Shown: piece after piece, positions 19,351 to 29,030 of the stretch
Numbering within the stretch: position 1 is the stretch's first letter
Layout of the letters: each line of letters starts with the position of its first letter
DNA from: a bacterium
Lineage (GTDB): Bacteria; Patescibacteriota; Dojkabacteria; JAKAPS01; JAJZLI01
Direction of reading: 5' to 3'
DNA: 64,000 nt
Assembly (NCBI GenBank): GCA_021816845.1
Contig: JAKAWT010000002.1
Coordinates: forward strand, 213,329 to 277,328
Made by a program: the position numbers and the translations under genes
The notes under the pieces: generated by a model
Seen by the model: only the letters and a program-made list of their open reading frames with translations
The model's database searches: none
What the model was told of the DNA's origin: nothing

Positions 19351-22104
19351 TTATACGAGTTTTCTTGAATTTAATCTCATATTTACCAACTGTAATAAAG
19401 AATTAATAACATCTCTTTTTATGCCTGATAAACCATAACATCTTAGTACTACGTCTTCAAATTCTATTCTATCTTTTTGAACTAATTCTTTAGTTATAGG
19501 AAAAACTTCTCTTTCTAATAATGGTTGAAATTTATTTAGTATTAAATTCTTTTGTCCATTTGATAAAAATAAAGGGTTTAAAATCATTAGATTCTTTTCT
19601 ATATTATCTTTATTCAAATCTAATACACTATCACCTCTTCCAAAACCTAAAGCTTCTATATAGAATATAGTCAAAAATGAATTCAATAAAGCATGGAGTA
19701 TATCTTTTTCAACATTTTGATGTTTCAGAGAAAATCCAATTAACCTTTGATTAATAAAAGAAGGATTATTCATTCTGGGAATAAAAATTCTTTCTGAAGG
19801 ATTCAAACTCATTGTAAAATCAGCTTTTTTATCCAAACTCATTGAATACCAAAATTTGTTACCTTTACCTAAAATCTGATTTAAAGGTTTTCCTTTTGTA
19901 TTGCTTAGATTTTCAAAAGATTTAATCCACTCTATAGCTCCGAAATGATTTAGTTTTTCTAAATCATTAATAGATAAAATACATGAAAATGCTCTTCCAT
20001 TAGCTTCTGTTGTAAGAGTCTTTACGGATTTTAAATTTTTTAAAAAAGGTTTGAGATATATTTTTTCTATATGATTATTTACTTCAGGATAAAATAATTT
20101 ATCCCATCCTCTTCTTTCTCCTCTATTAATGTCAAAAAATTGATTAACATTTATAACTTTATTCTCTAGTTTCATAACCCATGAGCAATCCGAGAATAAT
20201 CCATTACCACCAATACCATATTGACTTAAAATTTTTAAATCTTTATCTTTATAAGATTTCAAATATAATTCTTCATTATTTAAAAATTCATACTTATAAA
20301 TACTGCTAACAATATATTCAAAGTTATTTGATTTCTCTATATCGCCTTTTAATGTAACATATTTAGTCAAGTTTACATCTTTGTTTTTATTATTAATTTT
20401 TCTTAATATCATTATATTAGTTATAATTTTTACATCTTTAAACCATCTTCTAGAACCTGAAGTTATAACTATATCAATATGAAAGATTTTCCTTAAAGAA
20501 CTAATGAAATTCTTTCCCCATTTTGTTGATTGCCAAGAATTTGATATTATTAAACCTAAAACTCCATCTTTTGATAAGAATTTAACAAAATAAAAAGGTA
20601 AAAATGAATAGAAATCTCCTTTATTATTTAATTGTAAATCAATATTCAATTCTAATCTAATATATTCTCTTATTTCTTTTGCAATATTGGGATATAAAAT
20701 TGAATAAGTTTCTGATTTTATAAAAGGTAAATTTGAAACTACATAATCCATTAATGGCAAGCTAACTTTATAAATATCTCCAGAATAAGATTTATGAATA
20801 TTAATTAACATTCCCGCTTTGATATCAAGAACATCATCTTTGAATATATAAAATTTTTGTTCTTTATTCTCAGGATTAGCAATAGAAAAAGTAGCTAATT
20901 GTAAAGGAAATCCAAATTTATCACTTCCCCATGTAGATGAATAGATTTCTGATATCTTTAATTTATCATCTTCTTTTTTTAAATTAATAATCTCCCTTAG
21001 TATAGTTCCGGTACCACAACATGGGTCAATAACATTGGAATTTTTATTTCTTATAGTTAATTTAACTAAAAATTTTGATAAATATTGAGGTGTAGTAAAC
21101 TGACCTGCAATTTTTCTTTTACTTTTAATGACTAAATTATCTATCAATTCTTGAATAAAATCTTGAGTCATTTCTTGAATATTAGAATCTATTAATAAAT
21201 TATTGAATTCCAATATATTCTCCCAAAATTTATTAGGAATAATATCATCACCTAATTGTCTTACAAAAATATTCCAAAAATCTAATTTTTTAGATATATT
21301 TTCAAAGAATTCTAAAGAACACTTGATTTTATCAATAGTATTAAATTTATCTATTTCATTCGCGTTCATATTAAATTTCTTTATTAAATGTATGAATAGA
21401 AATTTGTTTATTACTGTTAAAAGATTTATTTTTGCAAGTACTATATATTTATCCTCTGTAGGGTATTCATACTGATTAGATTTCCACCAAATATTGATAT
21501 CATCACTAAATTCTGGATATTCATTACTTTTATCTTTAATATTATTAGAATAACTTTCTATATTGTTTTTTATTAAACTATCAATACCAAAAATAGATAT
21601 TGAATCAACTAGTGTTGTACTCTTAATACTTCCATTACTAAAATATATTACTAAATCTTCTAATATCTTATCTAATAAAATATAAATACTGTCTATTTGT
21701 TCAAAAACCTCTTCTCGTGTCTGAATTGTAGAAAGGTCTCTCCATTCTGATAAAATTTCTAAATCTTCATGATTATTAATAGTATATAACCTTGCATATT
21801 TAATATTCCATAATAAGAAACTCTTTAATCCTAAACTATCTGCTTTTTCTTTTGCATTTAAAATAAATTTTGAATCATTTATATCTGTATCAGGTAATTT
21901 GATTTCCCATCCTTGTAGATATGCTCCGGATGTTGAATCTGAATATAAAATTATGTCTGGGAAAAGTTTATTTTGATTTTGATTTGTAATTGTTATCTCA
22001 CCACCAGCTCTCTTTATAATTACATTCCTATTATTAGCCCAATTATTAATATATGAAATTAAATCAATACTTAAACTACGTTCATTTTCTTTAATATTTA
22101 TCAT
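19351..22104 (-). CDS. Type IIG-like restriction endonuclease/N6-adenine methyltransferase fusion
   Basis: N-terminal PD...EIK (FPDIILY...GWEIK); GQFTTP, DPCCGTG (motif I), SNLPF (motif IV). Confidence 0.75.
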   Translation of the reverse strand: MINIKENERSLSIDLISYINNWANNRNVIIKRAGGEITITNQNQNKLFPDIILYSDSTSGAYLQGWEIKLPDTDINDSKFILNAKEKADSLGLKSFLLWNIKYARLYTINNHEDLEILSEWRDLSTIQTREEVFEQIDSIYILLDKILEDLVIYFSNGSIKSTTLVDSISIFGIDSLIKNNIESYSNNIKDKSNEYPEFSDDINIWWKSNQYEYPTEDKYIVLAKINLLTVINKFLFIHLIKKFNMNANEIDKFNTIDKIKCSLEFFENISKKLDFWNIFVRQLGDDIIPNKFWENILEFNNLLIDSNIQEMTQDFIQELIDNLVIKSKRKIAGQFTTPQYLSKFLVKLTIRNKNSNVIDPCCGTGTILREIINLKKEDDKLKISEIYSSTWGSDKFGFPLQLATFSIANPENKEQKFYIFKDDVLDIKAGMLINIHKSYSGDIYKVSLPLMDYVVSNLPFIKSETYSILYPNIAKEIREYIRLELNIDLQLNNKGDFYSFLPFYFVKFLSKDGVLGLIISNSWQSTKWGKNFISSLRKIFHIDIVITSGSRRWFKDVKIITNIMILRKINNKNKDVNLTKYVTLKGDIEKSNNFEYIVSSIYKYEFLNNEELYLKSYKDKDLKILSQYGIGGNGLFSDCSWVMKLENKVINVNQFFDINRGERRGWDKLFYPEVNNHIEKIYLKPFLKNLKSVKTLTTEANGRAFSCILSINDLEKLNHFGAIEWIKSFENLSNTKGKPLNQILGKGNKFWYSMSLDKKADFTMSLNPSERIFIPRMNNPSFINQRLIGFSLKHQNVEKDILHALLNSFLTIFYIEALGFGRGDSVLDLNKDNIEKNLMILNPLFLSNGQKNLILNKFQPLLEREVFPITKELVQKDRIEFEDVVLRCYGLSGIKRDVINSLLQLVNMRLNSRKLV

Positions 22105-22112
22105 TCTTAATT

Positions 22113-22919
22113 TTATAAATCAAAAGAATTAAAAAATCCTAGGCTTTTTTTTGCAGCTTCAATCCTTTTGATAGATATATCTATTAAATTTACTTTATTT
22201 TTTTTATGCAAAAGAGTATCTTCATTTTTTTCTATTCCTATAAAGTTTCTATTCTCTAATACAGCACTAACAAGAAAACTTCCACTACCAGAAGTATTAT
22301 CTAAAACAGTATCTCCTTCATTTGTATATGTTCTTATAATATATCTTCCTAATTCCACTGGTTTTTGAGTCGGATGATATACTTTTCCTTCACTTTCAGC
22401 TGTTTTAAAATATATAACATCGCTAGGATATCTTTGTCCATCACTTTGAATTTGTATAGAATTAAAATCCCCGTAACTCCCTGTTAATTGGTCTTTTCTA
22501 ACTCCTTTATCATATGGAACTCCTTCATTCATTTGAGGATTATAAATAGGTTGATTTTTATAGAATATGCAAATATCTTCATGTTTTCTTAACGGCTGTT
22601 TTTTTGCATTTAAAAAGTTTGTTGATTTTGATTTAACCCAAATCAGTTTATATTTAAACAGTTTTTTATTACTCATAATTAATTCTGCACTAAATGCTCC
22701 TTGAGAAGAAAGTGCTATAACTCCATTATCTTTAATTATCCGTTCATATTGTTCCCATAGTTTATCCAAAGGAATAACACTATCCCATATATTCTGTGTT
22801 GTACCATAAGGCAAATCACATAATATTAAATCAATAGACTTGCTATCAATGAAAGGTAAAACCTTTAAACAGTCATTTTCTATAACTTTATTTAAAAATT
22901 CTGTATTAAATTTAGACAT
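22113..22919 (-). CDS. Site-specific DNA methyltransferase, beta class (N4C/N6A)
   Basis: CDLPYG catalytic motif precedes HPTQKP and LDNTSGSGS. Confidence 0.92.
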   Translation of the reverse strand: MSKFNTEFLNKVIENDCLKVLPFIDSKSIDLILCDLPYGTTQNIWDSVIPLDKLWEQYERIIKDNGVIALSSQGAFSAELIMSNKKLFKYKLIWVKSKSTNFLNAKKQPLRKHEDICIFYKNQPIYNPQMNEGVPYDKGVRKDQLTGSYGDFNSIQIQSDGQRYPSDVIYFKTAESEGKVYHPTQKPVELGRYIIRTYTNEGDTVLDNTSGSGSFLVSAVLENRNFIGIEKNEDTLLHKKNKVNLIDISIKRIEAAKKSLGFFNSFDL

Positions 22920-23460
22920 AATTAAAAGTATATTTATACTTCATCATTATAAACTTTTTGCTTTCTGAAAGGAATTGTTTATATTAATTAAATCATCATA
23001 TATCTTACTAGAGCTTAAATAGTGTTTTATTTTCAAAGATTTTATCAATTGTATATTTAATACAATTATCTTGTCAAATTCCCATCTATAATACCAATTT
23101 TTTTCAGAATAAACTTATGGGGACTGTGGACGATATTCGAACCCTTATTTCAAATAATTTAATTCTTAATATATTTACATAAATTATCTCTTCTTCTAGT
23201 GTAACGAGAACTAAGTCTCTATGAAGAAGAAGTAATTTATTTTTAATAATAAAAAATGAATATATCTAATTATGGTATAATATTTATATAATAATAAATA
23301 TAAATGAATTAAAATAAAAATTCAGGATTAAACTCTTCAGAAGATTATAATGGAAATTTAGTATTTATGAAGATACGAGCACCAAAGGACATACAAAATG
23401 GTGTGCACTTGTGCTTAGAAAGTTATAAAATAACATTATAATATTTATTAGAATAATAGA

Positions 23461-23770
23461 ATGACTAAAAAAGATATTTCAGAGGGGGTAGTACACAAAG
23501 TTCCCCCAGATTTAAAAGAAGCTTTGATTTCTGATTCACAAACTCTAGAAATATGGGAAAGTCTTACTCCTCTTGCACGTAATGAATGGATCTGCTGGAC
23601 TACCTTTGTTTAAAAAACCAGAAACCAGAAAGCAGCATGTTAAAAGGGTTATTACAGAACTTAAAGAAGGCATGCGTAGACCTTGTTGTTGGATAGGCTG
23701 TATACATCGTCTTGATAAACCTGTAAGCCCTTCTATACAACATATTATTAATAAATCTCATATTATCTAA
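23461..23770 (+). pseudogene. YdeI/OmpD-associated family protein, frameshifted
   Basis: MTKKDISEGVVHKVPPDL...LTPLARNEWICWTTFV* continues in the +1 frame as KKPETR...RRPCCWIGCIHR. Confidence 0.7.
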
Positions 23771-23845
23771 TTAAATTACACTTTATCCCTTATTAATAAA
23801 AATAATTATATTGATATTGTATGACTTTTGTATTAATATGAATTT

Positions 23846-24067
23846 ATGAGAAAATCATACAAATCATGGACAATATATAGTATTGGACTTTTTATGGCTT
23901 GGGGAATTATTTTTCTTATCAGATGGAGACTTAAATCCTATCCAAGCCTACAAGATTTAGCCTTAGTATTCTTTGGTTATTTTATAGGATGGTTATCAGC
24001 AACTATAAAATTTGTTCTGGTTAGTAATAAAATTTATGGTATCGTATCTTTTAAACCAGACAAATAA
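23846..24067 (+). CDS. Small two-TM membrane protein
   Basis: Two hydrophobic helices; -10-like box just upstream. Confidence 0.65.
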   Translation: MRKSYKSWTIYSIGLFMAWGIIFLIRWRLKSYPSLQDLALVFFGYFIGWLSATIKFVLVSNKIYGIVSFKPDK

Positions 24068-24359
24068 TATTGTAAGTTGGTACTTTTTTAATAGATTCCA
24101 TTTTAATACAATAATTTAGATATTAGTAAAATTTCATGTTAACATTAAAATTAATAAAAGAGCAATTGAAAAGTTCTAGAGAGATTTTTGAAGGAGAAAT
24201 TGCAACTCTGCCTCAATATATTACTGGTATTTTAAGCATTTTAGTCTTTATTACCTCAATACAGCAATTACTGAAAGATTTTGCAATAAATAAAAGGGTA
24301 TCATAAAAAGACTGTGTAATTCAAAAAATAAATAACAGATAATTAAAACTTAGGAAGTT

Positions 24360-25649
24360 TTACTCGTATCTAAGTGCTTCTATAGGATCTTTTCTACTAG
24401 CTCTTAAAGCAGGTAGAGCTCCTGCTAGAAATGCAATAATCATAATGCCAACTATTACAGAAACAATAGTATTTAATGGAAAAGTAAGTAATGATAAACC
24501 AGGAAAAGCTTTAAGAAAACTATGTTTACCTATTGCATTAACTGAACTACCAATTAAAAATGCAAAAACTACACCTAAAAGGCTTCCCCAAAAACCAATT
24601 AGTATTGCTTCAATACTAAAGAGAGCAAATATTCTGTGTGGGCTCATACCAAGTGCCTTCATTAATCCTATTTCTTTTGTTCTTTCTTGTACAGACATAA
24701 ATAAAGTGTTAATAATACCAAATGAAGCTGCTAATAAGGCAATAATTCCAAATATATCAAATACAATAATAATAGCACTGATTACTGAAAACAGAGTACT
24801 CTCCTCATCTTTTATTGTCATTCCAGTAAATCCTTTAGCAGTTAGTTGACTTTTTATTTTATTAATTTGATTTGTAGTTAAGTTTTTTGGAAAGGTAGCA
24901 TAAGCGGTTAGAAATGTATTAGTAAGAGTTTTTGGTATTCCTGTAGTTCTAATATGGTATATATTATTTGCTAAAGTAGTATTAGCAAAAGAGGTAGATT
25001 CTCCTATTAAATTTTTCTGCTGGACTCCCGTAACAGTTGCAATAACATTGAAATGAATGTTTCTAGGATTAGTAACTCCTATTGTAACTGTTTTACCAAT
25101 AATAGATTTATTACTACTATAACCAAGAACACTAACATAACTTTCTGGGATACTAATTTGATTTTGAGTACTATTATTATTAACCCCGCTACCCACAACC
25201 ATATCAGAAGTAGCGTTACCGAACTGTTGCTCTAATGTTAGTTGATACTTACTACCTGTCCCTTGAATATAATCTGGAGAAAGTGAGTGGGCTGGTACAA
25301 CACTGGTAATATTATGAATAGATTTAATTTTTGCTATATCCTCTAGATTCATGAGTAATTGTTCTTTACCTAGACCTCCTGAAGATACAGTAACGTTTGG
25401 ATTATATGCATATTTTACTGGCCCATTTGTTGGTGATGCAGCCTTAGTAGTTAAAGTTACTAATAAGATATTAGAAGCTCCTAGATTACCAATCTGTTGA
25501 TTTAAGTAAGTTTTTATGCCAGTACCAATTCCATTCGTTAGAGTAATTGTCATAGCTCCTATTACTATAGCAATAATAGTTAAAAGAGTCCTAACCTTAG
25601 AGCGTAACATATTGCTACTAGCGGTCTGTAATATATCTCTAAAATTCAT
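24360..25649 (-). CDS. MacB/FtsX-family ABC permease
   Basis: VQERTKEIGLMKALG, DPIEALRYE. Confidence 0.95.
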   Translation of the reverse strand: MNFRDILQTASSNMLRSKVRTLLTIIAIVIGAMTITLTNGIGTGIKTYLNQQIGNLGASNILLVTLTTKAASPTNGPVKYAYNPNVTVSSGGLGKEQLLMNLEDIAKIKSIHNITSVVPAHSLSPDYIQGTGSKYQLTLEQQFGNATSDMVVGSGVNNNSTQNQISIPESYVSVLGYSSNKSIIGKTVTIGVTNPRNIHFNVIATVTGVQQKNLIGESTSFANTTLANNIYHIRTTGIPKTLTNTFLTAYATFPKNLTTNQINKIKSQLTAKGFTGMTIKDEESTLFSVISAIIIVFDIFGIIALLAASFGIINTLFMSVQERTKEIGLMKALGMSPHRIFALFSIEAILIGFWGSLLGVVFAFLIGSSVNAIGKHSFLKAFPGLSLLTFPLNTIVSVIVGIMIIAFLAGALPALRASRKDPIEALRYE

Positions 25650-26353
25650 ATGTTTTTATCTCCATCAATTAATTTACCATCTAAAATATGCATTTGTCTT
25701 TGACAACGCGCTGCAATATCTTTATCATGAGTAACAATAATAAGAGTAATATCATGTTCTTTATTCAATTTAAACAGTAAGTCTTCTACAATCTTCCCAG
25801 TATGGCTATCAAGATTTCCTGTTGGCTCATCAGCAAATATTATACTAGGGTTATTAATTAGCGCCCTTGCAATACATACTCTTTGTTTTTGCCCCCCACT
25901 TAAATTTACAGCCTTTGTATTTGCTTTATCAACTAATTCTACAGTCTTAAGTGATTTCATGCCTTTTTCTCTACGCTCCTTACGTCCAACTTTTGCAATT
26001 TTAAGCGGAAGAACTACATTGTTTAATACTGTGTCATTACTATTTAAAAAGAATTGTTGAAAAACAAAACCATAACTTTTATTACGCAAACTTTCAATTT
26101 GCCTATTAGTTAACTTAGATGTATCTTGATCACCAACGAAAACTATTCCTTTGGTGGGACTATCAAGTAATGCTAGCATATGCATTAATGTACTCTTACC
26201 CGAACCACTCTTACCTAAAATAGCAACAGATTCTCCAGATATAATAGAAATATTAATATCATTAAGTGCCGTAAAAGCAACTTCTCCTTTACCATAGATT
26301 TTAGTAACATTTTTTGTACCTACAACTTGAGGTTTATCTAGTAATTTAGCCAT
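25646..26353 (-). CDS. ABC transporter ATP-binding protein
   Basis: GKSGSGKS, LSGGQKQR, FADEPTGNLD. Confidence 0.95.
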   Translation of the reverse strand: MAKLLDKPQVVGTKNVTKIYGKGEVAFTALNDINISIISGESVAILGKSGSGKSTLMHMLALLDSPTKGIVFVGDQDTSKLTNRQIESLRNKSYGFVFQQFFLNSNDTVLNNVVLPLKIAKVGRKERREKGMKSLKTVELVDKANTKAVNLSGGQKQRVCIARALINNPSIIFADEPTGNLDSHTGKIVEDLLFKLNKEHDITLIIVTHDKDIAARCQRQMHILDGKLIDGDKNI

Positions 26354-26452
26354 TAATGTTTATTCTACTATAAAATGCAATGATTAACAATCACCTTTAT
26401 AGAGATAAATTTCTAGAATTATTTATTATATTGGAACTATTTTTACTAAAAC

Positions 26453-26482
26453 TTGACAACTTTACTAATAGTAAAGTATAAT
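26453..26482 (+). promoter_or_regulatory. Sigma70-type promoter with an operator in the spacer
   Basis: TTGACA-N18-TATAAT; inverted repeat ACTTTACTA-a-TAGTAAAGT at 26459-26477. Confidence 0.8.
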
Positions 26483-26511
26483 ACTATTATTAAATTAATA
26501 TAATAAAAATT

Positions 26512-26937
26512 ATGGATAAGTTAGATTTGAATCAAGAAGGTAATAATATGTTAAATCGGATTAAAGATACTCAAGAGGTAATAAAAAATAAGGGTGTCAA
26601 AGGATATCTTCCTTGGTTTTTTTGGGGGTTATTTGTACTTATAACTTATCCTTCATTTGATTTTATTAAAAGTTTTATTTGGTATATTATAGCAATAATT
26701 ATATTTATAGTAGGCATAGTTTTGTCATATTACTATTATATTATTGTCAATAGGCATATCCATAGTGTATCTCACTCTCCCTGGTACATGTCTTTGTTAT
26801 ATTTTATATTAATAGCAATAACAATATTACTTGCTAATATATTTCAACCAAACTTCCATTATTCTTGGGTTTTAGGTGGCATAATACTTGCAGCTTTATT
26901 TTTTATGTACGGTTTCTACTTAAAGCTAAAATATTAA
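26512..26937 (+). CDS. Four-TM membrane protein
   Basis: Hydrophobicity pattern; directly upstream of the HTH regulator on the same strand. Confidence 0.75.
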   Translation: MDKLDLNQEGNNMLNRIKDTQEVIKNKGVKGYLPWFFWGLFVLITYPSFDFIKSFIWYIIAIIIFIVGIVLSYYYYIIVNRHIHSVSHSPWYMSLLYFILIAITILLANIFQPNFHYSWVLGGIILAALFFMYGFYLKLKY

Positions 26938-26941
26938 AATC

Positions 26942-27244
26942 ATGGATCTATCATACCACAAACTTGACCCAATTATTCATCAACCAGCACGCCTTTCAAT
27001 TATGGCGGCTTTAGCTGTTACTCTGGAAGTAGAATTTATTGTTATACGAGATACAATAAAAATTAGCGATTCATTATTATCCAGATATATTTCAGTTTTA
27101 GAAAAAGCTGGATATATATACGTACGTAAAGTTTTTGTTAATAAAAGACCAAAAACATGGCTTTCTCTAACAAAAAAAGGACACATAGCTTTTAACAAAT
27201 ATATTCAGGATTTAGAAAGTATAGTTAGTCGGAAATCTCAATAA
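26942..27244 (+). CDS. Winged-helix transcriptional regulator (HTH_34/MarR-ArsR-like)
   Basis: LDPIIHQPARLSIM...LEKAGYI...RPKTWLSLTKKG. Confidence 0.88.
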   Translation: MDLSYHKLDPIIHQPARLSIMAALAVTLEVEFIVIRDTIKISDSLLSRYISVLEKAGYIYVRKVFVNKRPKTWLSLTKKGHIAFNKYIQDLESIVSRKSQ

Positions 27245-27295
27245 AATTAAATATAAAATATACGCAAATGTTAAACGTAGAAACTTTACTATTAA

Positions 27296-27532
27296 TCAGT
27301 CCTCTGGCAGAGAAGCAAAAATCTTCTTTGTTTTCATATACCATCCCATTCCCGATATGGGATTCTTCCACCTAGACTGCATACTCTTAAGTGCACTTTT
27401 GTGTATTTCATCACCATTAGCAACCATTTCTTTTAAATGTTTATCTTGTGCCTTGATAACTTCATTAGCATCATTACCATGAAACTTGGTATCACATGGT
27501 CCTCCCATTTGTTTACATGTCATTGTTTTCAT
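27296..27532 (-). CDS. DUF1059-like small metal-binding protein
   Basis: MKTMTCKQMGGPCD...H...H pattern. Confidence 0.75.
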   Translation of the reverse strand: MKTMTCKQMGGPCDTKFHGNDANEVIKAQDKHLKEMVANGDEIHKSALKSMQSRWKNPISGMGWYMKTKKIFASLPED

Positions 27533-27564
27533 ATTTATTACTTACTGTTAGTATTTTAGCTAAA

Positions 27565-27762
27565 TCACTTTACCATTTTCTTTCTGTATAAATAGGCTAT
27601 TGCACTTGTTACCCAAGAAATTATCAACCCAACAGCAACTCCTCTCAAATATCTGTTACTTGTAAGATATGACAATGAAAGGAATATCACACTTAAAATT
27701 AACTCAAATAATATAAGTGTCATATCCAACCTTCCTAAAATTCTTTTTCTCCATTCCTTCAT
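27565..27762 (-). CDS. Small two-TM membrane protein
   Basis: Start MKEWRK preceded by AAGGTGGAG; two hydrophobic helices. Confidence 0.6.
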   Translation of the reverse strand: MKEWRKRILGRLDMTLILFELILSVIFLSLSYLTSNRYLRGVAVGLIISWVTSAIAYLYRKKMVK

Positions 27763-27864
27763 ATCTCCACCTTTTATCATTATGTAGAATCTCTCTGTTG
27801 TTTTTGCACTCATTATACATCTAATTTATAAAAAATATTTTACGTAACTTAGTTCCTTATTCTT

Positions 27865-28392
27865 TTAATCAATAGTCTTTATTATACAATTTTTTAAGTA
27901 AATTGTAGAACCAGATACTTTTTCTATTATTCCCCTAACCATAAGGTGGTCATAACGATTCATTCTATTCAAAAAATTATACATATTCTTTTGTACTGAA
28001 AAACATACATAACAACTAAACTTGTCTAAAGATACAGTAAAAACATTTGACCTATCATTATCAAAAGTATCATCATTTAAACTAAACAATTTGACTTCCC
28101 ATGTAATTTTATAATCTATATATCCACTAGCAATAATTTTTTGGGCTGATAAAGGATGATTATCAATATCATTTATAATATCCCTAGGAGATTTTTTAGA
28201 TAAAGTAAATTTTTTAAATTTTTCTTTATTTGTAGTTATACTTCCATTGTTTTCAATTTGATTTTGATGCTGTATTTTATTATCTTTACTTCTATCTTTA
28301 CCTATGCCAAAACCATAATACAAGATTAAGCCTGCAATTACAGTACCTCCTATTCCTATAACCCATGGATTATTCATTAATATATTTATCAT
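27865..28392 (-). CDS. Membrane-anchored protein with an OB-fold-like C-terminus
   Basis: Probable start MINILMNNPW (the longer ORF runs through tRNA genes); N-terminal TM; C-terminal VRGIIEKV...IYLKNC. Confidence 0.65.
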   Translation of the reverse strand: MINILMNNPWVIGIGGTVIAGLILYYGFGIGKDRSKDNKIQHQNQIENNGSITTNKEKFKKFTLSKKSPRDIINDIDNHPLSAQKIIASGYIDYKITWEVKLFSLNDDTFDNDRSNVFTVSLDKFSCYVCFSVQKNMYNFLNRMNRYDHLMVRGIIEKVSGSTIYLKNCIIKTID

Positions 28393-28413
28393 AGTAATAA
28401 AAATAATAAAGCA

Positions 28414-28484
28414 CTGGGATGCAGGGATTCGAACCCCAAACTTCAGGACCAAAACCTGGCGTGATGCCATTTCACCACATCCCA
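28414..28484 (-). tRNA. tRNA-Gln(TTG)
   Basis: Cloverleaf; anticodon arm CCAGG-TTTTGGT-CCTGA; GGTTCGAATCC. Confidence 0.92.
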
Positions 28485-28493
28485 AAATAAATA

Positions 28494-28566
28494 AGCGGAA
28501 GACGGGGTTCAAACCCGCGACCTTATCCTTGGCAAGGATACGCTCTATCAACTGAGCTACTTCCGC
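28494..28566 (-). tRNA. tRNA-Gly(GCC)
   Basis: Cloverleaf; anticodon loop TTGCCAA; T-loop TTTGAAC (T at 56). Confidence 0.9.
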
Positions 28567-28571
28567 AGATA

Positions 28572-28644
28572 TGCCACAGGTGGGGCTCGGACCCACGACA
28601 CAAGGCTCTTCAGGCCTCTGCTCTACCAGCTGAGCTACCGTGGC
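28572..28644 (-). tRNA. tRNA-Phe(GAA)
   Basis: Cloverleaf; anticodon loop CTGAAGA; T-loop TCCGAGC (C at 55). Confidence 0.9.
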
Positions 28645-28709
28645 ATAAAACATTAAGAGTATACCAAATTTTTTTAATATTGAAAATTTATTTAATGGAG
28701 AAAACACAT

Positions 28710-28782
28710 TGGGTGGTACAGGGATCGGACCTGTGACATCTACGGTGTAAACGTAGCGCTCTACCAGCTGAGCTAACCACCC
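28710..28782 (-). tRNA. tRNA-Val(TAC)
   Basis: Cloverleaf; anticodon loop TTTACAC; T-loop TCCGATC (C at 55). Confidence 0.9.
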
Positions 28783-28797
28783 AAATTAAATCTACAA

Positions 28798-28886
28798 TGG
28801 GCAGAAGAGGACTTGAACCTCCATGCCACTAAATAAGGGGCACAACCACCTCAAGGTTGCGTGTCTACCGATTCCACCATCTGCCC
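28798..28886 (-). tRNA. tRNA-Leu(GAG)
   Basis: Cloverleaf with long variable arm; anticodon loop TTGAGGT. Confidence 0.92.
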
Positions 28887-28947
28887 AAAATCTATATTAA
28901 AGACACAGGCATATTATATTTAAAAAAAACAAATTTTGCAATGAATT

Positions 28948-29029
28948 TGCCAGAGAGAGGACTTGAACCTCCAAATCTTTCGATACAGCGTTCTGAACAC
29001 TGCGTGTATACCAATTTCACCACTCTGGC
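28948..29029 (-). tRNA. tRNA-Leu(CAG)
   Basis: Cloverleaf with variable arm; anticodon loop TTCAGAA. Confidence 0.92.
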
Positions 29030-29030
29030 A

